A stretch of 64,000 nt of DNA from Ignavibacteriota bacterium (lineage in GTDB: Bacteria > Bacteroidota > Ignavibacteria > UBA10030). A program made the translations under genes and the position numbers. Below, piece by piece: positions 32,370 through 39,847 of this stretch. The stretch's first letter is position 1, and the number at the start of each line of letters is the position of its first letter. The DNA lies in NCBI GenBank assembly GCA_963727825.1, contig CAVSHO010000014.1, positions 1-64,000 on the forward strand, read 5' to 3'. The notes under the pieces were generated by a model. It was not told the origin of the DNA and did no database searches. It saw only the letters and a program-made list of their open reading frames with translations.

Positions 32370-32555
32370 TCATTGTTCTGCAAACTTCTTGATCGCATCA
32401 AAATATTTCACAATAGCTTTCGCCTTGTTTTTTCCAAATGACATCCAATGCCACGTTGTATCCGGATTTGGTTCATCAACTGTGGGAATTCGTAAAATCG
32501 GTTTTCCTTTGTAATCACTCAGGATAGGCTGCGCTTCGTTCTTTTCTTCTTCCAT
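32370..32555 (-). CDS. Small hypothetical protein
   Basis: 61 aa with a GAGG ribosome-binding site; pattern YKGKPIL…SFGKNKAKAI…IKKF. Confidence 0.7.
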   Translation of the reverse strand: MEEEKNEAQPILSDYKGKPILRIPTVDEPNPDTTWHWMSFGKNKAKAIVKYFDAIKKFAEQ

Positions 32556-32723
32556 AAATTCCTCTCTTTTTTCGATTTACCCGTCCCCCTTGCATCGGGA
32601 CAAACTCCAACAGGTATCATAATTTATCCACAATAGGATTTTTCGTTGTCATGGGAATAATTATCCATGTAACATTTTTCCCTCTATATATTTATATTAT
32701 TTTTCTCTGGACAAGATACTCCT

Positions 32724-32957
32724 CTATTTGATGATCTGCTCAGCTTTTTTCACCGCTTTTTGAATTGGCTCGATAGTCGAAGTGACTGACTTACCTGTAT
32801 AGTAAATATATGCCAGAAATGCGATCAGTATGATAAAAGCATATATGAATAATTTTATAGCCTTTTTTATAACAAAAATTACTATAACAATTAATATACA
32901 TGCCGCAATAATCGTGTAATATTTATTTGATAAAATAATATGGACAAAATCACCCAT
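32724..32957 (-). CDS. Small membrane protein
   Basis: AGGAG ribosome-binding site; two hydrophobic helices separated by KK. Confidence 0.7.
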   Translation of the reverse strand: MGDFVHIILSNKYYTIIAACILIVIVIFVIKKAIKLFIYAFIILIAFLAYIYYTGKSVTSTIEPIQKAVKKAEQIIK

Positions 32958-32974
32958 ATCTTTACTCCTGTTAC

Positions 32975-33098
32975 TAGAACCTATCTCATAAATGATTTGA
33001 AGTCACATTGAGCTTTTCGAAATGTGACTAAACACTTTACGACCAGACTTCGACAAGCTCAGTCTGACTGTTACAATATATTTTTGAGATGACTTCTA
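32975..33098 (+). mobile_element. MITE-like element with imperfect terminal inverted repeats enclosing a GTCA…TGAC REP pair (copy 1)
   Basis: Ends TAGAACCTATCTCATAAA and TTTTTGAGATGACTTCTA; both ends are homologous to the reverse complement of 34155-34322. Confidence 0.7.
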
Positions 33099-33143
33099 AA
33101 AATAAATATATCTGCAGCCTAGATTGCAAACCTCTTCAGAGAT

Positions 33144-33365
33144 TTATTTCTTTATGCTTTCAAGATACAGCTTTTCCACTTTTATGCGTGCCCAGGGAGT
33201 CTTACGCAAAAATTTCAGGCTCGATTGGATACTTGGATTGTCATTGAAGCATTTGATTTTAATCCTTGCTCCCATTTGTTCCCACCCATAATGATCTTCC
33301 AAATGATGCAAGATTGTTTCCAATGTCTTTCCATGCAGTGGATTATTTAGTTGTTCTGATTTCAT
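33144..33365 (-). CDS. VF530/DUF2132 family small protein
   Basis: [10 protein letters not shown]…YGW…[26 protein letters not shown]. Confidence 0.88.
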   Translation of the reverse strand: MKSEQLNNPLHGKTLETILHHLEDHYGWEQMGARIKIKCFNDNPSIQSSLKFLRKTPWARIKVEKLYLESIKK

Positions 33366-33473
33366 ACATCGCCAGCATTTTCTAATTATTCATTTATGTG
33401 CGTTCACCGTTTGCTCGCCCACCATGTTATGTGGAAGGCCTGGATAGATGAAGCCGGCTTGTTGAATTGCACG

Positions 33474-33542
33474 CATCTCTTCCCAACTGCATTTATCCGC
33501 TGATCTTCACGTCGGATCTCCATCGGAAATGCAGAAAAGATG
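33474..33542 (-). terminator. Hairpin downstream of the RRM gene with a nested ATCCG…CGGAT palindrome
   Basis: Outer stem CTGCATTT…AAATGCAG, inner ATCCG(33495)…CGGAT(33517). Confidence 0.45.
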
Positions 33543-33564
33543 AAATAAAAAAAATACAAAGTTG

Positions 33565-33873
33565 TTAGTATTTAGAACGGTTTCCTCCGCCGTTGTTGCC
33601 GCCGCGTCCTCGGTTGTTAGACTTACGGTCGGCCATCGGACGAGCTTCATTCACCACAATTTTGCGTCCCTTCACTTCTTTATCATTCAATCCGGCAATA
33701 GCCGCCTCTGCTTCCGTTTTTATCGGCATCTCCACAAATCCGAACCCCTTTAATGTTCCAGTAAATTTGTCTTTTATGAGAGCTACAGAATCAACTGCCC
33801 CAAATACCGCAAATTCCTGTTTCACTTCGTCTTCCGAAATATCGCGTGATAGATTACCAACATACATCTTCAT
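33565..33873 (-). CDS. RRM-domain RNA-binding protein with Gly/Arg-rich tail
   Basis: RNP2 MYVGNL, RNP1 KGFGFVEM, VNEARP; AGGAG ribosome-binding site. Confidence 0.95.
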   Translation of the reverse strand: MKMYVGNLSRDISEDEVKQEFAVFGAVDSVALIKDKFTGTLKGFGFVEMPIKTEAEAAIAGLNDKEVKGRKIVVNEARPMADRKSNNRGRGGNNGGGNRSKY

Positions 33874-34154
33874 GATGTTTCTCCTTTGAGCAATTTGTTA
33901 TTATACCTGTTGTTTGATTCGTTTATACAAATGATTTTCTCTAGAGGTGTTATCTTAAGTTTTTATGTGGCAGGGACTATTGAATATTTACTAAGCATTT
34001 GGTGTATCTCTACATACAGATTACTATATATTTTTATCACTTCCAACTCCATAGAGATTTGATGCCCGCCCAATAAGAAGACGGGCAAACCTGCCAAATA
34101 TAACGGCGAACAAGCATCTTACAAAATAAAAGAGCTATAATACGTCACTATGAT

Positions 34155-34322
34155 TAGAAGTTATCTTAAAAATACCGTTCGCTGTCAGACTGAGCTTGCC
34201 AACCCGCTGAGGGTATGTAGGCGGTTCTAAGTCTTATCCGTGGCATATTCTGTCACCCTTTGTGCTTCGAATTTGCCAGTATGACTCAGAGTGACTTGAA
34301 ATCATTTTTAAGATGGCTTATA
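34155..34322 (-). mobile_element. MITE-like element, copy 2 (inverted, longer interior)
   Basis: Ends TAGAAGTTATCTTAAAAA and TTTTTAAGATGGCTTATA; shares GTCAGACTGAGCTTG and GTGACTT(C/G)AAATCA with copy 1; extra CCGC…GCGG palindrome near 34202-34224. Confidence 0.7.
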
Positions 34323-34325
34323 GTC

Positions 34326-35639
34326 TTAATCGAATATATGTCCTTTTCTAAATTGACGTACGCTGACCATATTAAGCAATGCGCCAATACCAAATAAAAT
34401 TGCAAGATGCGGTAGGATGGATATAAATCCTACGCCTCTCCACAATACTTCTAAAAAACCTTCCATCGCCCAGTAAACAACTGTCAGCTTGCTAAAGAAT
34501 TGGATTGTTGAGGGCATAAATGAAGTTGGAAACCATGCCCCACCAATCGCGCTCATGCTCAATATCAATAACGTTCCTAATCCATTTGCCTGCTGGCGGG
34601 TTTGGGAAAACGCAGCAATCAGCATCCCAAGCGCCGTGCACGCTACTGATGCAGCGATTACTACCATCATCAGATTTAAAAAATTTGAGAATATATCCAC
34701 TTGGAACATCAACCACCCAAAAATGAACATGAAAAGCAATTGAATAATTCCTAGCGACATATTGAAAATATATTTATTCCAGAGAATGTGTGTCCGCGAA
34801 ACCGGAGAGGTCAGCATTCGCATAAGTACTCCAGATTTCCGCTCATCAAACAACGATGATGACGTAGCTGTCAATGTGAACATAAGGAACATAATGCCCC
34901 ACCCGCCTACACTCCGCGTTGCCCATTGATTCTTCATCTCTTTACCAACAAGCTGTTGGTTTTCAATACGGACGATATTATCAAGGAAACTTGCATTGCC
35001 CCTTGTGGAATCATTACCTGCGATCTTAAAATCAGAAAGTTTGGGATGCAAAATAACATTGGTATCGACTTTGAAATATTTATGAATAAGAGAAGCCATA
35101 TTGCGATTGAATGCACTTCCGGGTTTGATTCCTAAATATCTCTCGGCTTGCCGTAGACCGCTTTGCGCCATGACCGAAGGAAATTGACTAAATACAACCT
35201 GCTGGATTAATCCCCGCACGGTTTGCATCTCCATATCATTCTTCGGGTCAAAATAAAATTTGACATAGAGTCCAACTGAAGTATCTGCATAAGTATCAGG
35301 CGGAAGAACGAGCGCAGCGGCTGCTTTACCGGTGCGGACATATTCTTGAATTGAAAGCGTATCGAATACAACTGTCTTTCCGGAATCCGTCTTAAAAGAT
35401 TTAATCACATAGAATGCTTTTATCGTATCAAGTGAAGATTCTATACTTTTCGCTACGGGAGACGTGCTTTGATTCAACACTGCAAGCCGTATTCCCTGTG
35501 GACCCGAACCCGATCCGCCAAAAACTGCTCCGAAAATAGTCATTAGAATCATCGGCACAATAAAGGTCAATGCAATGGAACCTTTGTCTTTCCAGAAGAT
35601 CCGGTATGAGGTTTTGAATAACCAATAGACCTGTTTCAA
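34326..35639 (-). CDS. ABC-2 type exporter permease
   Basis: N-terminal TM, large extracytoplasmic loop, DERKSGVLMRML..P, GGAWFP; overlaps the ATPase stop. Confidence 0.9.
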   Translation of the reverse strand: MKQVYWLFKTSYRIFWKDKGSIALTFIVPMILMTIFGAVFGGSGSGPQGIRLAVLNQSTSPVAKSIESSLDTIKAFYVIKSFKTDSGKTVVFDTLSIQEYVRTGKAAAALVLPPDTYADTSVGLYVKFYFDPKNDMEMQTVRGLIQQVVFSQFPSVMAQSGLRQAERYLGIKPGSAFNRNMASLIHKYFKVDTNVILHPKLSDFKIAGNDSTRGNASFLDNIVRIENQQLVGKEMKNQWATRSVGGWGIMFLMFTLTATSSSLFDERKSGVLMRMLTSPVSRTHILWNKYIFNMSLGIIQLLFMFIFGWLMFQVDIFSNFLNLMMVVIAASVACTALGMLIAAFSQTRQQANGLGTLLILSMSAIGGAWFPTSFMPSTIQFFSKLTVVYWAMEGFLEVLWRGVGFISILPHLAILFGIGALLNMVSVRQFRKGHIFD

Positions 35640-36553
35640 TCTCGCAACCTCCTTCCAGTCAGCTGGAGGAATAATGCCTCCAATGTTGGACGCTGCAACT
35701 CAACCCAGGAATATTTTATTCCTTGTTTTTCTATATCTGCAAAAAATTTTGATAGCAGAAATCCCTTAGCCGGTTTCAGCTCGTAATGGTCGTCTTCTTC
35801 AAGTAGTGATCCGAATTTCTCAAACGTTGCCTGGTTATTTACGGTTGCTGGATTCTTGATGATTGCGATAGTTTCTTCGTAAGCGAGCTTTTCCAAAAGT
35901 TTGTTTATAGTGCCTAATGCAATGATTTTGCCATGATCAATAATACCGATACGGCTACAAAGACGTTCAGCTTCTTCCATATAATGTGTTGTGTATATGA
36001 TCGTTTTTCCATGTTTATTAAGGGAAGTTAGGAAGTCAAAAATTGCATTACGTGATTGAGGATCTACGCCGACAGTTGGTTCATCGCATAGTAATACTTT
36101 CGGATCGTGCAATAAGCTTGCGATCATATTGAGCCGCCGTTTCATGCCGCCTGAAAAGGTTTTAACTTTATCTTTGCGCCTTTCGTACAACTCAACGGCA
36201 TTGAGCTGCTCCTCGATACGCTCCTTTAAAAGCTTTCGTTGGACATCAAACAACTGCCCGAATACTTCTAAGTTTTCCTGTGCCGTAAGTTCATCATATA
36301 ATGCGATGGATTGAGGAACAAATCCGATTTTTTTTCGAATCTCTAAAGTATCCTGAGTCACGTTATCGCCATCGATTGTGATTGTGCCGCCGTCGGGATT
36401 GAAATAGCCGACCAGCAAGTTCATTAGTGTGGTCTTACCCGCCCCATTGGGCCCTAACAGGCCAAAGAACTCCTGCTGCTGCACTTCTAATGTGACGGCA
36501 TCAAGAGCCGTGACTTTCGGGTATTTTTTTGTGATTTGCTGGATTTTGATCAT
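35636..36553 (-). CDS. ABC exporter ATP-binding protein
   Basis: GPNGAGKTT, FSGGMKRR, LCDEPTVGVD, TTHYM. Confidence 0.95.
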   Translation of the reverse strand: MIKIQQITKKYPKVTALDAVTLEVQQQEFFGLLGPNGAGKTTLMNLLVGYFNPDGGTITIDGDNVTQDTLEIRKKIGFVPQSIALYDELTAQENLEVFGQLFDVQRKLLKERIEEQLNAVELYERRKDKVKTFSGGMKRRLNMIASLLHDPKVLLCDEPTVGVDPQSRNAIFDFLTSLNKHGKTIIYTTHYMEEAERLCSRIGIIDHGKIIALGTINKLLEKLAYEETIAIIKNPATVNNQATFEKFGSLLEEDDHYELKPAKGFLLSKFFADIEKQGIKYSWVELQRPTLEALFLQLTGRRLRD

Positions 36554-36599
36554 AATTTCGCCGCTGCTTTCCTTCTCCAGTATAGGTTTCTAAATGAGG

Positions 36600-36750
36600 G
36601 AATAAAGCATCCCCGCAGCAAGCTGCGGGGTATTTACTGCGTCACCCTGAACTTGTTTCAGGGTCTACAGTTTAGATGCCGAAACAAGTTCGGCATGACA
36701 ATCTATAATTAGACGCAATCGTCGGGGTATTAAACCCAATAGAGAATAAA
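36600..36750. mobile_element. Palindrome-associated miniature element with a nested REP pair (36641-36699)
   Basis: GAATAAA direct repeats at both ends; CCCCGCAGCAAGCTGCGGGG-TATT and GACGCAATCGTCGGGG-TATT hairpins enclose GTCACCCTGAACTTGTTTCAGGGT…CCGAAACAAGTTCGGCATGAC. Confidence 0.6.
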
Positions 36751-36953
36751 CATACAGATTAGTTTACGCAATATTCTCAGAAAAGATATAGTGAAACATC
36801 CAAAATGTTCAATTTCAAATATATTATAAATCTGAAATATAACATGGCCCTGAGTTAGTAACTGACAAGTAATAATGGCCATAAGATTGATTGGATTAAG
36901 GTATTTCTAGTACTAATTACTTTTGAATTGAATGAGATTCGTCTTCTCTATTG

Positions 36954-39104
36954 TCACCTATTAATCCAGTTATAGGCATCTATTGAATCGAAAGATTGAA
37001 GCGATCCTCCATCTACAGATTTAATAGTACCCGAGATATATCCTATTTTACCTAAATCATCACTGGAATAATACATTAAATCTAATCTTATGAGAATTGT
37101 TGTATTGTCATTTGGTTTTAATGATAGAGTTGTCTTGGCCGCAAGAGTAAGTTGGTTACGTGTTAAAACAAATGCCGCTTGCTCCGAAGACGGGTCTTGC
37201 ATCTGTTTATTAAATGTCAATTCGATATGTTTTGCATCCGGTGTTATAATAGCCGATAAACATATCGGCGACGACCCTTTTGGAGAATCCGCTAAGGTAT
37301 CAATTCCAAATCCGTATGCATAGAGAGGAGAATAATTAGCATCGCCAAAATTGATCGGGATCTGTGACATACTCTTCGGCCATGTATGTGATAATTTCCC
37401 CTTTGGCTGATAATCGCCAAATAGAACCTCAGCAACACCATCACCTTCCGTTCCGGGCAGCCAAGCTGCAACAATTACATCTGAAAAGTGCAATATTTTT
37501 CCTAGAACAAGAGGTCTGCCTGAAACAATGACGACAACAACGGGAGCACCATAGCTTTTCATCTTTTTCACTAAGTCCACATCGGCTTGGGAGATACTCA
37601 GGTCTTTCCTATCTCCGTAACCTTCTGCATATGGCATTTCACCAATCACGACAATAGAATAGTCGGCTAAAGTATTCGTAAATGTACCGGTTATTGAATA
37701 ATCTATCGTTGCATTTGCAGCAGTGTTCTTAATACCCTGAAGAATTGTAGTTCCTGTAGTAAGACTATCGCCGCTTTTTCCCTGCCAGTCAATTGTCCAG
37801 CCTCCGCACTGATTTCCGAGATTAGCTGCATTAGAACCTGCAACCAGGATTCGTGCATTTGTTTTTCGAAGCGGCAGAATACCATCTTTCTTCTTCAATA
37901 ATACGATTGATTCACGAACACACTGACGTGCAACCGATCGATGTGCAGTACACCCTACAAGCGGTAATAGTGATCGATCAGTATAAGGCCTTTCGAACAA
38001 ACCGAGCTTGAATTTGATGGAAAGAATTCTTTTAACAGCATCATCAACACGGGCAGTATCAATTTTGCCTTTGCTGATAAGACTTTTCATGGAATTATAA
38101 AAATCGAGATATCGATTTGGCAGCATGACCATATCGATTCCTGCATTGATCGATTGTTCAACACAATTGGTATAATTGGATGATAACTGATCGATACCAG
38201 CCCAATCTGAGACAACGAATCCTTTAAACCCTAACTCATTTTTTAGAACATCTGTAATCCAATATTTGCTTCCATGCATCTTCAACCCATTGATACTGCT
38301 GTACGATACCATAATACTTCCTACACCCGAATCAATAGCTGAAATATATCCCGGCAGAAAGAGTTTTCTTATGGTGGCAGTATCTCCTTGAGTATCTCCT
38401 TGATCTTTTCCTCCGGTGGTTCCCCCATCTCCAAGATAGTGTTTCGCGCAGGCAAGAATACTTGTTGGGTTCGATAAGGAATCTCCCTGGAATCCTCGTA
38501 TTTCCGATGAGCCGAAAAGCTGAGCCAATTCCGGAGTTTCGCCAAATCCTTCATACGTTCTGCCCCATCGCTCATCTCGTGGAACAGCTATACACGGGCC
38601 AAATGTCCAATCTATGCCTGTTGCGGCAACCTCTATTGCAGTAATTCGCGCTGCTTCTTTAGCCAATTGCGGATTTCTTGTGCATCCCATTCCAATGTTA
38701 TGGGGAAAGATCGTTGCACCGGTAACATTATTATGTCCATGCACAGCGTCAATTCCGTAGATTATCGGAATTTTTAATCGCGTTTTTAGTGCATAGCTTT
38801 GCATTTCATCATAGGTATTAGCCCAACTCAGTGCCGAGTTTCCTGTGCTCGGGTCACTTCCGCCGCCGCTGAGTACCGAACCAATAAAATATTTAGTAAG
38901 ATCCGATGGATAATTTTGAGCTTTCCCAAGATCGACTTGCATCATTTGCCCGATTTTTTCGTCGAGCGTCATTCGGCTGATCAAATCTGCCACACGTTGA
39001 TCAACTGATAAAGTAGAGTCTTGATAAGGAAATGTTTGTGATGATAAAAATGGAGCGAAAGAGAACATTAGAAATACCGTCAAGGTGAAGTATTTATTTT
39101 TCAT
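36954..39104 (-). CDS. Secreted glycoside hydrolase family 3 (beta-glucosidase / exo-glucanase) with C-terminal Ig-like domain
   Basis: MTLDEKIGQM, IDAVHGH, RWGRTYE, AKHYLGDG, VVSDW nucleophile, AWLPGTEG. Confidence 0.93.
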   Translation of the reverse strand: MKNKYFTLTVFLMFSFAPFLSSQTFPYQDSTLSVDQRVADLISRMTLDEKIGQMMQVDLGKAQNYPSDLTKYFIGSVLSGGGSDPSTGNSALSWANTYDEMQSYALKTRLKIPIIYGIDAVHGHNNVTGATIFPHNIGMGCTRNPQLAKEAARITAIEVAATGIDWTFGPCIAVPRDERWGRTYEGFGETPELAQLFGSSEIRGFQGDSLSNPTSILACAKHYLGDGGTTGGKDQGDTQGDTATIRKLFLPGYISAIDSGVGSIMVSYSSINGLKMHGSKYWITDVLKNELGFKGFVVSDWAGIDQLSSNYTNCVEQSINAGIDMVMLPNRYLDFYNSMKSLISKGKIDTARVDDAVKRILSIKFKLGLFERPYTDRSLLPLVGCTAHRSVARQCVRESIVLLKKKDGILPLRKTNARILVAGSNAANLGNQCGGWTIDWQGKSGDSLTTGTTILQGIKNTAANATIDYSITGTFTNTLADYSIVVIGEMPYAEGYGDRKDLSISQADVDLVKKMKSYGAPVVVVIVSGRPLVLGKILHFSDVIVAAWLPGTEGDGVAEVLFGDYQPKGKLSHTWPKSMSQIPINFGDANYSPLYAYGFGIDTLADSPKGSSPICLSAIITPDAKHIELTFNKQMQDPSSEQAAFVLTRNQLTLAAKTTLSLKPNDNTTILIRLDLMYYSSDDLGKIGYISGTIKSVDGGSLQSFDSIDAYNWINR

Positions 39105-39204
39105 ATAATAATCTCACTAATATAAGCACAACTGATCGAATCATAAAGTTAATGTAATAACGAAGAATAATAATATTTAATATGCAATCTCGATTCTCAT
39201 ATTT

Positions 39205-39270
39205 GTCATGCCCACGTAAGCGATTATTTTACATCATTTATATTAAGATTTCCTCTTTCGAGGGAATGAC
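39205..39270. repeat. Degenerate GTCAT…ATGAC REP pair
   Basis: GTCATGCCCACGTAAGCG … GATTTCCTCTTTCGAGGGAATGAC; same class as 44729 and 46551. Confidence 0.6.
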
Positions 39271-39295
39271 TTTACGTGCAATTGTTTTTGCTTTT

Positions 39296-39323
39296 GTAGG
39301 GACGAATAATTATACGTCCATAC
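39296..39323. repeat. GTAG-class REP
   Basis: GTAGGGACGAATAATTATACGTCCATAC; near copy of 39820-39847. Confidence 0.75.
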
Positions 39324-39338
39324 GAGGATTACTGCATC

Positions 39339-39722
39339 TCATTTAATTTTCACTAGCAGTGTCTTAATGTGCTTTGGGAAGCGTCCATTTTCCTTTTCCT
39401 GCTTGATAAGCTCGACCATCGATTTATCTGTAAATGCAAACACGATTTCCTGCGGTTTTTCACTGAGAGAACCCGCCCAAAAAGCATCCTTACGGATCTT
39501 TGCAAGCTCATCTGCGTCGGGTTTTCCGTCCGCTGTCTTGCTTGGGCTTGTTGAAATAAAACAGACAATCATTCCGTCTTCAGAGACAGCGTCACATTCA
39601 AATTCTCCGCCGGATTGTACGCCTAATTTGCGTTTTGCAAAAGCCTGCGCATACTTTTTGGGTAGGAATTCGTTCCGTATCCAATTTTCAACATCTCTTG
39701 TTGCTATAGTTGAATCTGCCAT
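39339..39722 (-). CDS. Hypothetical protein, possibly a degenerate PD-(D/E)xK nuclease fold
   Basis: 127 aa; E…FECDAVSEDG..VCFISTS resembles a restriction-endonuclease core but lacks ExK. Confidence 0.65.
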   Translation of the reverse strand: MADSTIATRDVENWIRNEFLPKKYAQAFAKRKLGVQSGGEFECDAVSEDGMIVCFISTSPSKTADGKPDADELAKIRKDAFWAGSLSEKPQEIVFAFTDKSMVELIKQEKENGRFPKHIKTLLVKIK

Positions 39723-39766
39723 TTTTTTATCATTTACTCCACAATCTTTATCTTTTCCCCTTTGTT

Positions 39767-39800
39767 TATTGTCATACCCTTGTCAGTGGGTATGACAATA
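39767..39800. repeat. Perfect 13-bp hairpin (fused GTCAT…ATGAC REP ends or a terminator)
   Basis: TATTGTCATACCC-ttgtcagt-GGGTATGACAATA. Confidence 0.6.
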
Positions 39801-39819
39801 TATGAAATGATTTTGCTTT

Positions 39820-39847
39820 ATAGAGACGTATAATTATACGTCTCTAC
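39820..39847. repeat. GTAG-class REP that supplies the RM gene stop codon
   Basis: Perfect 26-bp palindrome TAGAGACGTATAATTATACGTCTCTA (39821-39846); the TAG of its GTAG end is the stop of the minus-strand RM gene. Confidence 0.8.

Noticed and set aside
33874-34040. Long leader upstream of the RRM gene as a cis-regulatory RNA
   Set aside because: No convincing structure or known motif can be supported without a covariance search.
36954-37260. GH3 C-terminus possibly truncated (no CBM or T9SS domain)
   Set aside because: No remnant reading frame is visible after the stop; it cannot be supported without homolog alignment.
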